Below are positions 21,754 to 32,590 of a DNA stretch of 64,000 bases, piece after piece. The DNA is from an uncultured Gemmatimonadales bacterium (lineage in GTDB: Bacteria; Gemmatimonadota; Gemmatimonadetes; Gemmatimonadales; GWC2-71-9): positions 98,514-162,513 of the forward strand of contig CAVOSV010000001.1 of the NCBI GenBank assembly GCA_963698975.1, written 5' to 3'. The notes under the pieces were generated by a model, which was given only the letters and a program-made list of their open reading frames with translations, did no database searches and was not told the DNA's origin. A program made the translations under genes and the position numbers. Positions within the stretch are counted from its first letter, which is position 1, and every line of letters begins with the position of its first letter.

Positions 21754-22776
21754 TCAGACTCGTCTTCCCTGCTCGTCGAACCAGTGCAGCTTCTCCCGAT
21801 CGAATCGCAGCCCCACGATTTGTTCAGGCTCGACCGCAGTTTCCGGCGGCGCCACCACTCGAATGGCCGGGCCCTGGTTGTTGCCCCGCAGGCAGAGGTA
21901 GACCAGTTGCTCGCTCCCCCGTGACTCCACCAACTCGACATAGGCACTCTCGTCGCCGGTGCCCGGCGCAACGATCTGAATGTCGTGCGGCCTGATGCCG
22001 AGGGTGGCTGCCCTGCGGGTGAGCGCAGAAGGCAGCTCTTTCTCCGGCAGGAAGTTCATTGCGGGCGAGCCGACAAACCCGGCAACGAACTGATTGGCCG
22101 GCCTCAGATACAGCTCCATCGGCGGCGCGACCTGCTGCAGGAAGCCGTCGCGCATCACCGCGACCCGGCTCCCCAGCGTCATCGCCTCCTCCTGGTCGTG
22201 CGTCACGTAGACGACGGTGGCACGCAGGCGGCGGTGTAAGCGGGCGAGCTCTGCCCGAGTCTCCACTCTGAGCTTGGCGTCGAGATTGGAGAGCGGCTCG
22301 TCAAACAGAAAGACCTTGGGCTCCCGCACGATCGCCCGTCCCAGCGCCACTCGCTGGCGCTGGCCGCCGGAGAGCTGAGCCGGCTTCCGGTCCAGTACCG
22401 TCTCCAGCGACAGGGCACGACCCGCCTGCTCCACTCGCTGCTCGATCTCCTCCCGGCCCGCTCCCCGCATCCTGAGGCCGAACCCGAGATTCTCCCTCAC
22501 CGTCATGTGGGGATACAGGGCATACGTCTGAAATACCATGGCGATATCTCGCTCCTGCGGCGGGAGCACGGTCACATCCCGATCTCCGATCAGAATGCGT
22601 CCGCCGGTGGGTGTCTCCAGACCGGCGATCATCCGGAGCGCGGTGCTCTTGCCGCAGCCGGACGGCCCCACCAGCACCATGAACTCGCCGTCGTTGATCT
22701 GGAGATCGAGCCCCTGAGCCGCGACATGCCCATTGGGATAGGTCTTCTTCACGCCTTCGAGACGAACCGATGCCAT
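21754..22776 (-). CDS. sugar ABC transporter ATP-binding protein (MalK/UgpC/MsmX type)
   Basis: Walker [10 protein letters not shown], signature LSGGQRQR, Walker [11 protein letters not shown] and a C-terminal regulatory domain. Confidence 0.9.
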   Translation of the reverse strand: MASVRLEGVKKTYPNGHVAAQGLDLQINDGEFMVLVGPSGCGKSTALRMIAGLETPTGGRILIGDRDVTVLPPQERDIAMVFQTYALYPHMTVRENLGFGLRMRGAGREEIEQRVEQAGRALSLETVLDRKPAQLSGGQRQRVALGRAIVREPKVFLFDEPLSNLDAKLRVETRAELARLHRRLRATVVYVTHDQEEAMTLGSRVAVMRDGFLQQVAPPMELYLRPANQFVAGFVGSPAMNFLPEKELPSALTRRAATLGIRPHDIQIVAPGTGDESAYVELVESRGSEQLVYLCLRGNNQGPAIRVVAPPETAVEPEQIVGLRFDREKLHWFDEQGRRV

Positions 22777-22777
22777 G

Positions 22778-23596
22778 CTACCCTTTCACCGCGCCGGCTG
22801 TGAGCCCCTGCACGATCCGCCGCTGGAACGCCAGGACCAGCAGGGTGACGGGCGCCGTAGCGACCACGGCCGCCGCCAGGATCTGCCCCCAGGGCACCTG
22901 ATACATCCCCCGGAACAGCGCGATGGCGACGGGCACCGTCTGGCGCTCCGGACCGAGGGTGAAGGAGAGGGCGAAGAGAAACTCGTTCCAGCTGTACACG
23001 AAGGTGAGTATCGCAGTGGTCGCCAATCCCGGCAGCGCCAGCGGAACGATGACCTCGGCGAAGGCGCGGAGCCGGCTCGCCCCGTCCACCATTGCGGCTT
23101 CCTCCAGCTCTGCCGGCAGCTGGCGGAAGAAGCCTACCAGAAGCCACACCGTAAGCGGCATGGCAAAGGTGAAGTATGGGAGAATCAGTCCGGGATAGGT
23201 GTTGATCAGTCTCAGAGAACGGAGCAGCATGTACAGCGGCGACACCACCGAGATCTGGGGAAACATTCCGACCGCCAGGATGAACCCAAGCAGCGCCAGC
23301 TTCCCCCGGAACTGCAGCCGGGCCAGGGCGTAGGCGCAGAGCGATCCCACCCCTACGCAAAACGCTGTTGTCGAGCCCGCCACGATGAGCGAGTTCCGGA
23401 TCGGGACCCAGAAGTTGCGCTGGGTGAACAGCGCCCGATAGTGATCCAGCACCAGGTGCCCCGGCACAAGCGAAGGCCCCTGAAACAGCCGAGCCTCAGG
23501 GGTGAACGAGGCGAGGATCGCCCAATAGAAGGGGAAGGCGCTCGCCACCACCAGGAGCGTCAGCGCCAGCACCGGCCACCACTTTCGCTCGCTCAC
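22778..23596 (-). CDS. carbohydrate ABC transporter permease (MalG/UgpE-like)
   Basis: GTG at 23596 overlaps the upstream stop (GTGA). EAA loop region [23 protein letters not shown]. Confidence 0.85.
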   Translation of the reverse strand: MSERKWWPVLALTLLVVASAFPFYWAILASFTPEARLFQGPSLVPGHLVLDHYRALFTQRNFWVPIRNSLIVAGSTTAFCVGVGSLCAYALARLQFRGKLALLGFILAVGMFPQISVVSPLYMLLRSLRLINTYPGLILPYFTFAMPLTVWLLVGFFRQLPAELEEAAMVDGASRLRAFAEVIVPLALPGLATTAILTFVYSWNEFLFALSFTLGPERQTVPVAIALFRGMYQVPWGQILAAAVVATAPVTLLVLAFQRRIVQGLTAGAVKG

Positions 23597-24483
23597 CGGC
23601 GCGCTCCGGTGAGGTCGGCGCCGAGAAAGCGGACGTACACCATGGCCAGCGCAAAAGTCACCACGAACACGATGACCGATAGCGCCGAGCCATAACCGAA
23701 CTGCAGGTTCTGCAGCAGCGCATTGAAGGTATAGAGCGCGATGGGCTCGGTGGACGTGCCCGGTCCGCCTCCGGTCAATGCATATACCAGGTCGAATACT
23801 CGGAAGGCGTCGAGGGTTCGGAAGATCAGCGCGACCAGAATTGCCGGCTTGAGCAGCGGAAGAGTGACATAGCGGAACTGGCGCCATGCGCTGGCGCCGT
23901 CGATCCGGGCGGCCTCGTACAGCGAGCTATCGATGTTCTGCAATCCCGCCAGCAGCAGCAGAGCCACGAAGGGAGTGGTCTTCCAGACATCAGCCAGAAT
24001 GATGGGCACCCAGGCAGTGGCGGCCTGGATGAACCAGACGATCGGTTCCCGGATAAATCCCGCGCTGACCAGTCCGGCGTTTACGATTCCGGTCTGGCCC
24101 TCGAACATGAACCGCCAAAGCAGAGCCGAAACAACGGTCGGGATCGCCCAGGGCACCAGCACGGCCGCGCGAACCAGGCCTCGTCCCTTGAACGCGCGGT
24201 TGAGCGCCAGCGCCAGCCAGAGGCCGATCACCAGCTCCAGAGTGACGCTGGTGACCGCGAAGAAAAGCGTATGCCCCAGCGCGCCGATGAATCGGGGGTC
24301 TTGCACCGCATCCAGGTAGTTGGTCAGACCGATGAACGGCCGCCCCAGCCAGGGCATCCGGAGATCGTGCAGGTGCAGCGATTCCCAGAAGGTCCAAACC
24401 AGAGGAAAGAGAGCGATCAGGAGGATGGTCAGCAGCGCCGGCAGAACCAGCCCCCAGGCCAGCCGCGCCTCTTGCGCTTCCAC
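23593..24483 (-). CDS. carbohydrate ABC transporter permease (MalF/UgpA-like)
   Basis: 296 aa, six TM segments, EAA loop YEAARIDGASAWRQFRYVTLPLL. Confidence 0.85.
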   Translation of the reverse strand: MEAQEARLAWGLVLPALLTILLIALFPLVWTFWESLHLHDLRMPWLGRPFIGLTNYLDAVQDPRFIGALGHTLFFAVTSVTLELVIGLWLALALNRAFKGRGLVRAAVLVPWAIPTVVSALLWRFMFEGQTGIVNAGLVSAGFIREPIVWFIQAATAWVPIILADVWKTTPFVALLLLAGLQNIDSSLYEAARIDGASAWRQFRYVTLPLLKPAILVALIFRTLDAFRVFDLVYALTGGGPGTSTEPIALYTFNALLQNLQFGYGSALSVIVFVVTFALAMVYVRFLGADLTGARR

Positions 24484-24496
24484 GCCGCGGACCGGA

Positions 24497-25789
24497 TCAG
24501 CGTTGGGCAGTGGCTACTCCGGTGCCGAGTCCGACTCGGTTGAGCAAGTGCTGCATGTCCAGTTGGGCCTGCGCTAGGGCGGCCTCCGGGGTGGTTTGCC
24601 GGGTCAGCGCGCGGTGCAGGTTGATTTGAAGAATCTCTGAGAGCTGGTTGTACACCGGAGTGACCGGCCGCGGCACGGCGTACTCGATGACCCGGCGCAC
24701 CGCATCGGTCGGCAAACCCAGCTCGGCAGTCAATCCCTCTCCCTCATATAGCGCGACACGCGAGGGAAACTGTCCGACCACTCGTGCGCGCTCCCGCATC
24801 TGCTCGGGTTGGGTGAGATAGTTGATCACCGCCCAGGCTGCTGCGGGGCTTTCGGTGTGGCGGTTGATGGCCAGCTGCGCGCCGCCCAGGGCAGCCGTAG
24901 GACGTCCCCCCGGGCCCGCCGGCATTGCGGCCACGCTGAATTTCCCCGTTACCCGCGACTGGGCACTGTCGCGCAGGAGACCCACTGCGTACGGCCAGTT
25001 CCGCATGAAGGCCGATTCGCCGTTCTGGAAGGCGAACCGGCTCTCCTCCTCGTGCCAGGTCAGCACTGCCGAGGGGACGATGCCATCCCGGTATATCTCG
25101 TTGAGCATTTCGGTCAGGGCCAGCCGCCCCGCCTCCGAATTCACTACCACCCGTCCGCCTTCCAGGATTGCGCCACCGTACGCACCCAGATATTCCACGA
25201 AGTTCGTGATCAGTCCCTCATAGCGGGCTCCCTGCCACACTAATCCGTACTTCAGGCGATGCTCCTGTCGAGCGCGCTTGGCGAAGCTCACCAGCTCGCC
25301 CAGAGTATTCGGGGCCGAGGGCACCAGATCGGTGCGCCAGTAGAGCATGCCGACGTCCACGAACCAGGGCAGCGCAAAGAGGGAATCCCGCCAGCGGTTG
25401 GCCTGAATGGTCGAAGGGAAAAAGCTCCCGGTGTCGGGCCCGAATTGATCGAGGGGGAGGATCCACCCTGCGGCGGCAAATTCCGGAGTCCAGATGGCGT
25501 CGAGCTGAAGAATGTCCGGATCGCTCGCGCCGGCGTTGAGCCACTGCACATAGAGCTGGTGTCGCTGGTCGGCCGCGTCGGGTGTGTCCCGCCGCATCAC
25601 CCGAATGCCGGGATGCTCCGCGTTGAATCGGGCCAGCTGCCGGTTCAAGACTTCCGCCTCGGCCCCGAGCGAGCTGCCGGGAAAGGTGACGATGATAGGG
25701 CCGCGGTCGGTCTGCCCGGCACAGCTCCACACCAGTGCCGGCGCAAGCAGACGCAACAATCGGTGGACTCGGCGCGGAGTCGCTCTCAC
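24497..25789 (-). CDS. ABC transporter extracellular solute-binding protein (family 1, sugar type)
   Basis: 430 aa, signal peptide, typical SBP_bac_1 pattern. First gene of the minus-strand operon. Confidence 0.85.
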   Translation of the reverse strand: MRATPRRVHRLLRLLAPALVWSCAGQTDRGPIIVTFPGSSLGAEAEVLNRQLARFNAEHPGIRVMRRDTPDAADQRHQLYVQWLNAGASDPDILQLDAIWTPEFAAAGWILPLDQFGPDTGSFFPSTIQANRWRDSLFALPWFVDVGMLYWRTDLVPSAPNTLGELVSFAKRARQEHRLKYGLVWQGARYEGLITNFVEYLGAYGGAILEGGRVVVNSEAGRLALTEMLNEIYRDGIVPSAVLTWHEEESRFAFQNGESAFMRNWPYAVGLLRDSAQSRVTGKFSVAAMPAGPGGRPTAALGGAQLAINRHTESPAAAWAVINYLTQPEQMRERARVVGQFPSRVALYEGEGLTAELGLPTDAVRRVIEYAVPRPVTPVYNQLSEILQINLHRALTRQTTPEAALAQAQLDMQHLLNRVGLGTGVATAQR

Positions 25790-25873
25790 AAGATTAAGAA
25801 AGAGGACCTCCTGGGAACGGACAGCGGGCAGGCAATTACGTGGAGGTATTCTGCTCTGAAATTGCTCCGGGCG

Positions 25874-28800
25874 CTAGCCTCCGGGCTGGCCGGTCGTGAG
25901 CGGAGTTTTGGCGGCCGGCGCAGCGGGCTGCGGCTGGGTCCGCACCACCCGGCGCCACACCTTGGCGATCATCCAGGTACGGAAGTTGTCGAGGATCTCG
26001 TAGATCGTCGGAATTACCAGCAGGGTCAGGAGCGTGGAGGTGATCACGCCGCCGATCACCGCGCGGCCCAGCGGAGCCCGGAAGTCGGCACCCTCTCCCC
26101 TGCCGAGCGCAACCGGCATCATGCCGGCAATCAGCGCGATCGTGGTCATCATGATCGGGCGAAGCCGGATCCGGCCGGCTTCGATCAGCGCCTCACGCAG
26201 CGGCGTTCCCCGCTCGTGGGCCCACTTGGCAAAGTCGATCAGCAGGATGGCGTTCTTGGCCACGATGCCCATCAGCAGGATCACCCCGATCAGACTCATG
26301 ATGTTGAGCGTGTCGCGAGTGATGATCAGCGCCAGCACCACTCCGATCAACGACAGCGGCAGCGAGATCAGAATCGCCAGGGGATCGAGGAACGAGCCGA
26401 ACTGAACCACCAGGATGAGATACATCAGCACCACCGCAGCGCCGAGAGCGGTGAAGATCCGGGTGAACACCTCCGCCTGATCTCGCGCCTCGCCGCCCTG
26501 GGTGATCCGGTAGCCGGGCGGAAGCTCCCGCTCCAGGCTGGCCAGCCGGGCGTTGATGTCGCGGGTGACCTCGGTCAGCGAGCGGCCCTGCACGTTGGCC
26601 TGCACGTTCACCACCGCCTCGCGATTGAGGTGGTTGATCTGTGCCGGCCCGAGCCCCTGACGAATCGAGGCCACCTGCCCCAGGGGTAAAGTGACCGGAG
26701 CGCCACTGGGACCCGGTATCACCAGCGGCAGCCGCTCCAGATCCACCGTCCGCTCCCGCGCTTCCGGCGCGAGCCGCACGGTGACGTCGCGGGTTTCTCC
26801 GGTGGGATCCACCCAATCACCCGCATCGATCCCGGCAAAGGCGGGCCGGAGCGACTGGGCCACCTGCGACACCGTTATCCCAAGTGAGCCGGCCAGGCCG
26901 CGGCGCAGCTCGACCACCAGCTCGGGACGCTCGCCGCGGGTCGAGAGGCCCACGTCCACCGCTCCGGGTACCTTCCGAACCAGAGCCGCGGCCCGGGTAG
27001 CGAACCGGGTCAGCACCGTTGGATCGTCGCCCCGCATCTCCACCTGAATCTGCTTCATGGCGCCGCCGAACCCGCTGGTGAACACGGACACCTCGGCTCC
27101 ACCCACGTGAGACAGCTCTTCCCGGAGCATCTCGCCCAGACGGTCCTGGCTGATGCTCCGCTCCTTCTTCGGCACCAGCCGCACGTAGGTCAGCGCCTGA
27201 TCCACTCCTGGCGCCATCAGCGGAATCGGCGTGCCGATCCCGGTGTAGGTGTACGCCACCTCCGGGTGCCTGCGCGCGATCCGCTCCACTTCCTCGGACT
27301 TGAGCCGGGTGTATTCCAGGCTGGACCCCGGCGGCGCCTCGATGATGAAGTTGATCTCGCTCCGGTCACTGATGGGGATGAATCCCGCGCCGCCCAGCGT
27401 GGCCTGTAGTGCGATCGCGCCGAAGAACGAGCCCAGGGCGATCAGCACCATCGCCAGCCGGTGGTCCAGCGCCCAGGCGATCAGGCCCTGATAGCGCTCG
27501 GCCTGGCGGTCGAACCAGCGGTTGAATCGATCGAGGGCCCGGGCGATCGGATTCCGCCGCTCGTGCGACTCGGTCTGAGGATCGGCCCAGTAGGCCGACA
27601 ACATCGGGTCGAGCGAGAAGCTGACGAAGAGCGACACCAGCACGGCGCAGGCAATGGTCAGCGCAAATGGCTTGAACCACTGGCCCGCGATACCGTACAT
27701 GAACGCTACCGGCACGAACACCGCGACGATGGAGAACGTCGTGGCCGCCACCGCGAGCCCGATCTCGTCCGTTGCCTCGTGCGACGCCCGCAGGTGGTCC
27801 TTCCCCATCTCGATATGGCGGACGATGTTCTCCCGCACCACAATGGCGTCGTCGATCAGGATGCCGATAGCCAGCGACAGTCCCAGCAGCGACATGGTGT
27901 TCAGGGTAAACCCAAAGGCCCATACCGCGATGAAGCTGGCCAGCACCGAAACTGGCAGCGCCAGACCGGTGATCACGGTGGAGCGCCACGAGTTCAGAAA
28001 GAGAAAGACCACCAGCACCGTGAGCAGCGCACCTTCGATCAGAGCCTCCTGCACGTTGGCCACCGCGCGGCTGACCCGCTGCCCCGCGTCCTGCACGATC
28101 TGGAGCTTCACGTCCTTCGGCATGGTGCGCTGCAGCTCGGCCACCCGGGCCCTGATCTCATCGCTCACCTGAGTGGTGCTGTACCCTTTGGACTTGATGA
28201 TCTCGACCCCGACCGCCTCTCTTCCGTTGTAGAGCGCGATCGTGCGGGGCTCCTCGGTGCCGTCGTACACCTTGGCCACCTGCCCCAGGCGGATTGAGTT
28301 TCCGCTCCGCTCCGCCACCACCAGCTGGGCAAAATCAGTAGGGCCTTCGGGACGTCCCCGAAGCCGGATGGTGCGCTCCTCCAGCCCGCCGTTGAGCCGG
28401 CCCACCGGCGCGGCCAGGTTCTGCGCCTCCAGGGCCTGAACCACCTGCGCCACGCTCACACCCGAGGCTTCCAGCTGCGCCGGCTGCAGCTCCACCGTCA
28501 TCTCCCGCTCGATCCCACCCACCACGCTCACCTGGGCCACGCCGGCGATGCGCGCGAAGCGCCCGGGTCACTCCCGGATCGGCCAGCCGGGTGAGCGTCG
28601 TCGCGGGCACCGTCGCCGAGGTCAGCGTCAGGGTGACCACCGGCAGCTCGGATGGATCGAAGCGGGTGAGCACCGGCTCCTCCATCTCGGTCGGGAGATC
28701 GGCGCGCTTGGTGGAGATGGCGTCGCGGATGTCCTGCGACGCCTGCTGAATCGGCTTCTCGAACTCGAAGAAGATGGTGCACGAGGCCAGACCATCCGTC

Positions 28801-29057
28801 GCCGAGCAGGTGGACTTCTCGCCGTCCACCCCGCTGATCCCGAAGATCGCGTCCTCCACCGGGTCGATGATCTCCCGGGTAACCTCGGAAGGCGACGCGC
28901 CCGGATAGACGATGGTTACGCCCACCACCGGCTGCTGGATGTCGGGAAACTCGTCGGTGTGGAGATTGAGCAGGGCGAAGATGCCGAATACCACCAGGGC
29001 GACCATGGCGGTCACCGTCACGATCGGCCGGCGAATGGCAAAATCGGAGATGAACAT
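25874..29057 (-). pseudogene. RND (AcrB/HAE1-type) efflux permease, one frameshift
   Basis: MFISDFAIRRPIVTVTAMVALV starts at 29057 inside the long ORF 28335..30512. The body is ORF 25874..28540. The junction ...LADPGVTR/RFARIAGVAQVSVVGG is at CCCGGG 28562-28567. Confidence 0.9.
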
Positions 29058-30164
29058 CAGCGGCTGACCTCGTCCTGCGTGATCTTCACCGGACTGCCCT
29101 CGGTCACCGCCTGAGCCGATCCCAGCAGCACGGTGTCGCCCGGAGAAATTCCGGAGTTGACCTCGATCAGTTCCGCCGCCTCGTCTCTCACGCCCAGCTC
29201 GACCGGCACCAGATTCACCTTTCCATCCTTGATCCGGTGAATCACCGGCGCGGTGCCCCGCCGGTCTACCGCCGAGAACGGGACCGCTATCGCGCGACGG
29301 GCATCGGTGGCGACCCGACCCTCGGCGAACAGCCCCGACTACCAGAGCTTCCTCAGAGTTGGGAATGCTCACGTAGATCCGGACCTGGCGGGTAGCCGGA
29401 TCTACCGCCGGATTGATCCGCTCGATCTTTCCGGTAAACCGACGATCGAAGCCGCTCACGCCGAACTCCACCGGTGTCCCGACCTTGAGCCGGCCGATCT
29501 CCTCCACCGGTACCGTGGCCTCGAGCCTGAGGGTGCGCAGATCTACGATGGTGAACATCGCCCCGCCCACCTGAACCACGTCGCCCGCGGCCACCTGACG
29601 CTCGCTCACGATTCCACTGATCGGCGCGCGCACTTCGGTGTTCGCCAGCTGTTTCTGGGCCGAAGCCAGCCGCGCCTGCGCGTCGGCCAGCGCGCCCTCG
29701 GCGTTGGTCTGGGCCTGCTGGGCGGTCTCGAGATCCCGGTCCGACACCGCGCCGGCCTGAGCCAGGCGGGACGACCGCTCCGCGTTCCGCCGGGCGTTCT
29801 GGAGCGCCGACTCCGCCGTCCGGACCGCAGAGCGGGCGGAGAGATACGCGTCGCGCACCGAGTTGTCGTTGATCTTGGCCAGCAGTACCCCCGGCTTCAC
29901 CCGCTGGCCTTCATCCACATAGGTCTTCTCCACCGGTCCCATGATCTCGGCTCGCACCCGCGCCTCCAGCTTCGGCTCCAGCGAGCCCGAGATGGCCGGC
30001 CCGCTCCGAAGCTGGGCCGAATCCGCCACCGCAATGTTCTCCCGGCCAACGAGCACGACGGGATCCGCCGCGGCTGAGCCGCTGTCGCTCGGCTTCGGCT
30101 TGCAGGAGAACAAGGCGATCGCCAGAGCCGGTAGAACGGCTCCGTACCATAGAACACGCGTCAT
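29057..30164 (-). pseudogene. efflux RND periplasmic adaptor (MFP/HlyD family), one frameshift
   Basis: MTRVLWYG... lipoprotein start at 30164 (ATGA overlap with the TolC stop). The coiled-coil and beta-barrel region runs to ...SIPNSEEALVVG, then LFAEGRVATDARRAIAVPFSAVD...IHRIKDGKVNLVPVELG is in another frame. The shift is at the CCCC run 29333-29336. Confidence 0.85.
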
Positions 30165-31807
30165 TGACCTGAGACTCCTGGGAGAAGCTCGCCGGTGATA
30201 TCGGTGCCGGCGACCTGTGGGGCTGGCGGCTGATAGAGCGGCTGCGGTGCAGGCTGAGTGGCTGCACCGCTCTGGACCGATGCTCCGGCCGTTTGCGACG
30301 GCACCGCGATGGGAAGCGCCGGCAGCAGGGCGATTCTCACCTTGGCCACCTGCAGATCGCGCGCGGCGCGGGCCCGCGCCGCCTGGGCCTGCTGCAGCTG
30401 GATCCGGGAATCCAGCAGCTCGGTCTGGGTCGAGATCCCCTCCCGATAGCGCAGCTCGGCGATCTTGTAGGCCCGGGCCGCCTGCTCTACGGTTCCTGCA
30501 CTCGCCTGCCATCCGGCCTCCGCCGCCTGGAGCTGGGTCATCGCATTTCTGCCGTCCACCTCCGCCAGCTCTCGCGCCTGCTCCAATCGAAGCTCCGCCT
30601 GCGTGAGGTTGGCGCGGGCGACCGCAACGTCCCCGCCGATCCGCCCGCCGGTAAAAAGGGGAACCTGCAGTCCCACCGACACCACCCAGTCGGAGACGAA
30701 GTCGGCCCCGAAGGGCGAGACATTGTTGGGATAGCCCAGCTGGAGGAACTGCGAGTTCACGGCGAGCTGGGGCAGCCGCTGACCCTTGGCCGCCCGTAGG
30801 AGTCCGCGCTGAGCCTCGACCGCCTCGTTGGCTTGCCGCACCGGCGCCCGGACGCTGGTGCTGGTGTCGCCCGGATTGGCTACCAGCTGCGAGAGCCGGG
30901 GCGAGTCCACCAGCGCGGTGTCACCCAGCTCGGTCGCGAGCGCGAGCGGCTGATCGAGCGGGAAGTCGAGCAGCTGCTTGAGCCGGTAGTGCGCCAGGTC
31001 GCGATCGGCTCGGCGCTGAATGACCACAGGGCGCTGGTTGTCACGAGTGACTCGGGCCCGCAGCAGATCGAACTCCGACTGGTTTCCCACCTGTCGCGCA
31101 AGGCGGGTCTGGCTCAGCGTTGTGTCGGCCTGTTCCAGCGTGGCCTCGGCAATCGCCAGCAGCCGGTCGGCCAACGACGCATCGTAGTAGGCGCCGGTGA
31201 CATCGAGCAGCAGCTGAGCCTGGGCTGAGGTCAGGCCCAATGCGGCGCTTCGAGCATTGGCGCTGGCCGCACGGCTCTGGCCGCTCACCTGCCCGCCGCT
31301 GAACAGGGTCTGCGAAAAGGAGAGGCCGAAGCGATAAGTGTTGGCTCGGCCGAACGGCAGGTTGCGAAAGCCGGCAAACGGATCGGCGCTGCTGGAGCAG
31401 GCGACGGCGCTCTCCAGCGAGTCCAGCCGCTGCTCGACCGGGAGCGATGGATCAGGTACGAACTCGCGGCAGATCCGGGGCGCAGCGGTGGACGTGTCGC
31501 TGCCGGTCTCGAGTGCCGAGAATTGGCTCTCCAGGGTACGGAGATAGGCGGCAGTCCCGTTCACCTGGGGGAAGTAGCCGCTCTTGGCCCGCTTCCGGTC
31601 ACCCTCCGCCCGGGCCAGCTCCTCCCGGGCAATGCCAACGGTCTCGCTGTTTCGCTCGGCGATCTCCAGCGCCTGGGCCAGGGTGAGCGTCCGAGCCTGG
31701 CTGAGTGTGGGCTGCTGTGCTGCGAGCGAACCGGGAATGGTGCCGGCGGTCAGGGCCGCCGCCAGAAGCAGGCCTGAGGGCCTGCGCTGCAAATGAAATG
31801 ATCTCAT
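30161..31807 (-). CDS. TolC family outer-membrane efflux protein
   Basis: 548 aa with a signal peptide and two OEP repeats. The C-terminal tail is Pro/Gln-rich. ATGA overlap with the TetR stop. Confidence 0.85.
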   Translation of the reverse strand: MRSFHLQRRPSGLLLAAALTAGTIPGSLAAQQPTLSQARTLTLAQALEIAERNSETVGIAREELARAEGDRKRAKSGYFPQVNGTAAYLRTLESQFSALETGSDTSTAAPRICREFVPDPSLPVEQRLDSLESAVACSSSADPFAGFRNLPFGRANTYRFGLSFSQTLFSGGQVSGQSRAASANARSAALGLTSAQAQLLLDVTGAYYDASLADRLLAIAEATLEQADTTLSQTRLARQVGNQSEFDLLRARVTRDNQRPVVIQRRADRDLAHYRLKQLLDFPLDQPLALATELGDTALVDSPRLSQLVANPGDTSTSVRAPVRQANEAVEAQRGLLRAAKGQRLPQLAVNSQFLQLGYPNNVSPFGADFVSDWVVSVGLQVPLFTGGRIGGDVAVARANLTQAELRLEQARELAEVDGRNAMTQLQAAEAGWQASAGTVEQAARAYKIAELRYREGISTQTELLDSRIQLQQAQAARARAARDLQVAKVRIALLPALPIAVPSQTAGASVQSGAATQPAPQPLYQPPAPQVAGTDITGELLPGVSGQ

Positions 31808-32389
31808 CGGGACCTGCGCACGCCCACACCAATGGCGCGCAAAAAGAGTCGAATGTACTCGTCGAGGGCTTCATCGGGATCGTTGCGATAGATGTCCCGC
31901 ATGATCTCGCGCCCCATCGCATCGGCGAAGAGCGCTCCCATCAACATGGCGGAAGCGGCAATCTCATTGAACGGAGCCTTTGCCAGCCCAACCTCTCGCA
32001 GCCGGCGCAGATACCGGCTGAGCGCCCGCACTGCCAGAGCCGTTGGACTGTTTTCACTGGAAAAGATCCCGGGGTGCTCCGCGATCTCGCCCATGCAGGT
32101 GCGAATCAAAGCCCGGCGATCTGCGCAATTCTGTGATGTGAGTCCGGGCCCATTCGCGGAGCTCGCGGGCCGGATCGCGGGGATGCTCGGGCAGGAGCTC
32201 AGGCAGATCGCTGGTGCCGGCCCGCACGATCGCTTCGCGGATCAGCGCGTCCTTGGATCCGAAATGGCGGAACAGGGTGATCTCGTTCACCCCGGCCGCG
32301 GTGGCGATCCGGCGGGTGGTGGCGCCCCGGTAGCCTGATTCGGCGTAAATCCGGGCGGCGGCGTGGAGCAGCTGGTCGCGAACCGACAT
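31804..32389 (-). pseudogene. TetR/AcrR family transcriptional regulator, one frameshift
   Basis: The HTH LLHAAARIYAESGYRGATTRRIATAAGVNEITLFRHFGSKDAL is in ORF 32054..32554 (start 32389). The C-terminal ligand domain is in ORF 31804..32109. The shift is near 32120. Confidence 0.8.
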
Positions 32390-32421
32390 GGCGGCCAGTA
32401 TAGTGCAAGCTCTGTCTGCAA

Positions 32422-32437
32422 GCAAGTGGCCACTTAC
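32422..32437. promoter_or_regulatory. candidate TetR operator (near-perfect 16-bp palindrome GCAAGTGGCCACTTAC)
   Basis: The core AAGTGGCCACTT (32424-32435) is a perfect 12-bp palindrome. It lies 35 nt upstream of the tetR start in the divergent region. TGCAAGC occurs twice just before it. Confidence 0.4.
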
Positions 32438-32446
32438 AATTACACC

Positions 32447-32475
32447 TTGCGTGGACTGCACCCCCTGGTTAGCAT
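32447..32475 (+). promoter_or_regulatory. possible sigma-70-type promoter for the riboswitch-led transcript
   Basis: TTGCGT, a 17-nt spacer, then TAGCAT, ending ~25 nt before the aptamer. The match to consensus is weak. Confidence 0.3.
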
Positions 32476-32499
32476 TTTTGCGTCGCTCCGAGAGGGGCG

Positions 32500-32590
32500 A
32501 TGCCGAAAAAGGCAAACCCGTCGTGAGGCGGGGACGCAAAGCCAGGAGTCCCAAGCAGTTGTCGTCGGGATCGTCCGGTTGCCGAAGCGC
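32500..32590 (+). promoter_or_regulatory. c-di-GMP-I (GEMM-I) riboswitch aptamer
   Basis: GAAAAAGGCAAACC-CGUC-GUGA-GGCG-GGGACGCAAAGCC...CCGGUUGCC reproduces the conserved GGCAAACC, GNRA-capped P1b hairpin, GGACGCAAAGCC and closing GGUUGCC blocks of the Vc2-type aptamer. It sits ~160 nt upstream of the OM barrel gene at 32749. Confidence 0.7.

Noticed and set aside
28335-30512. 725-aa minus-strand ORF that looks like one giant protein
   Set aside because: It is a read-through chimera. It combines out-of-frame sequence upstream of the MFP start, the MFP N-terminal two-thirds, out-of-frame MFP sequence, the first ~165 codons of the RND pump (MFISDF... at 29057) and then out-of-frame RND sequence. 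The Gly/Arg/Ala-rich stretches between the recognisable parts are frame artefacts.
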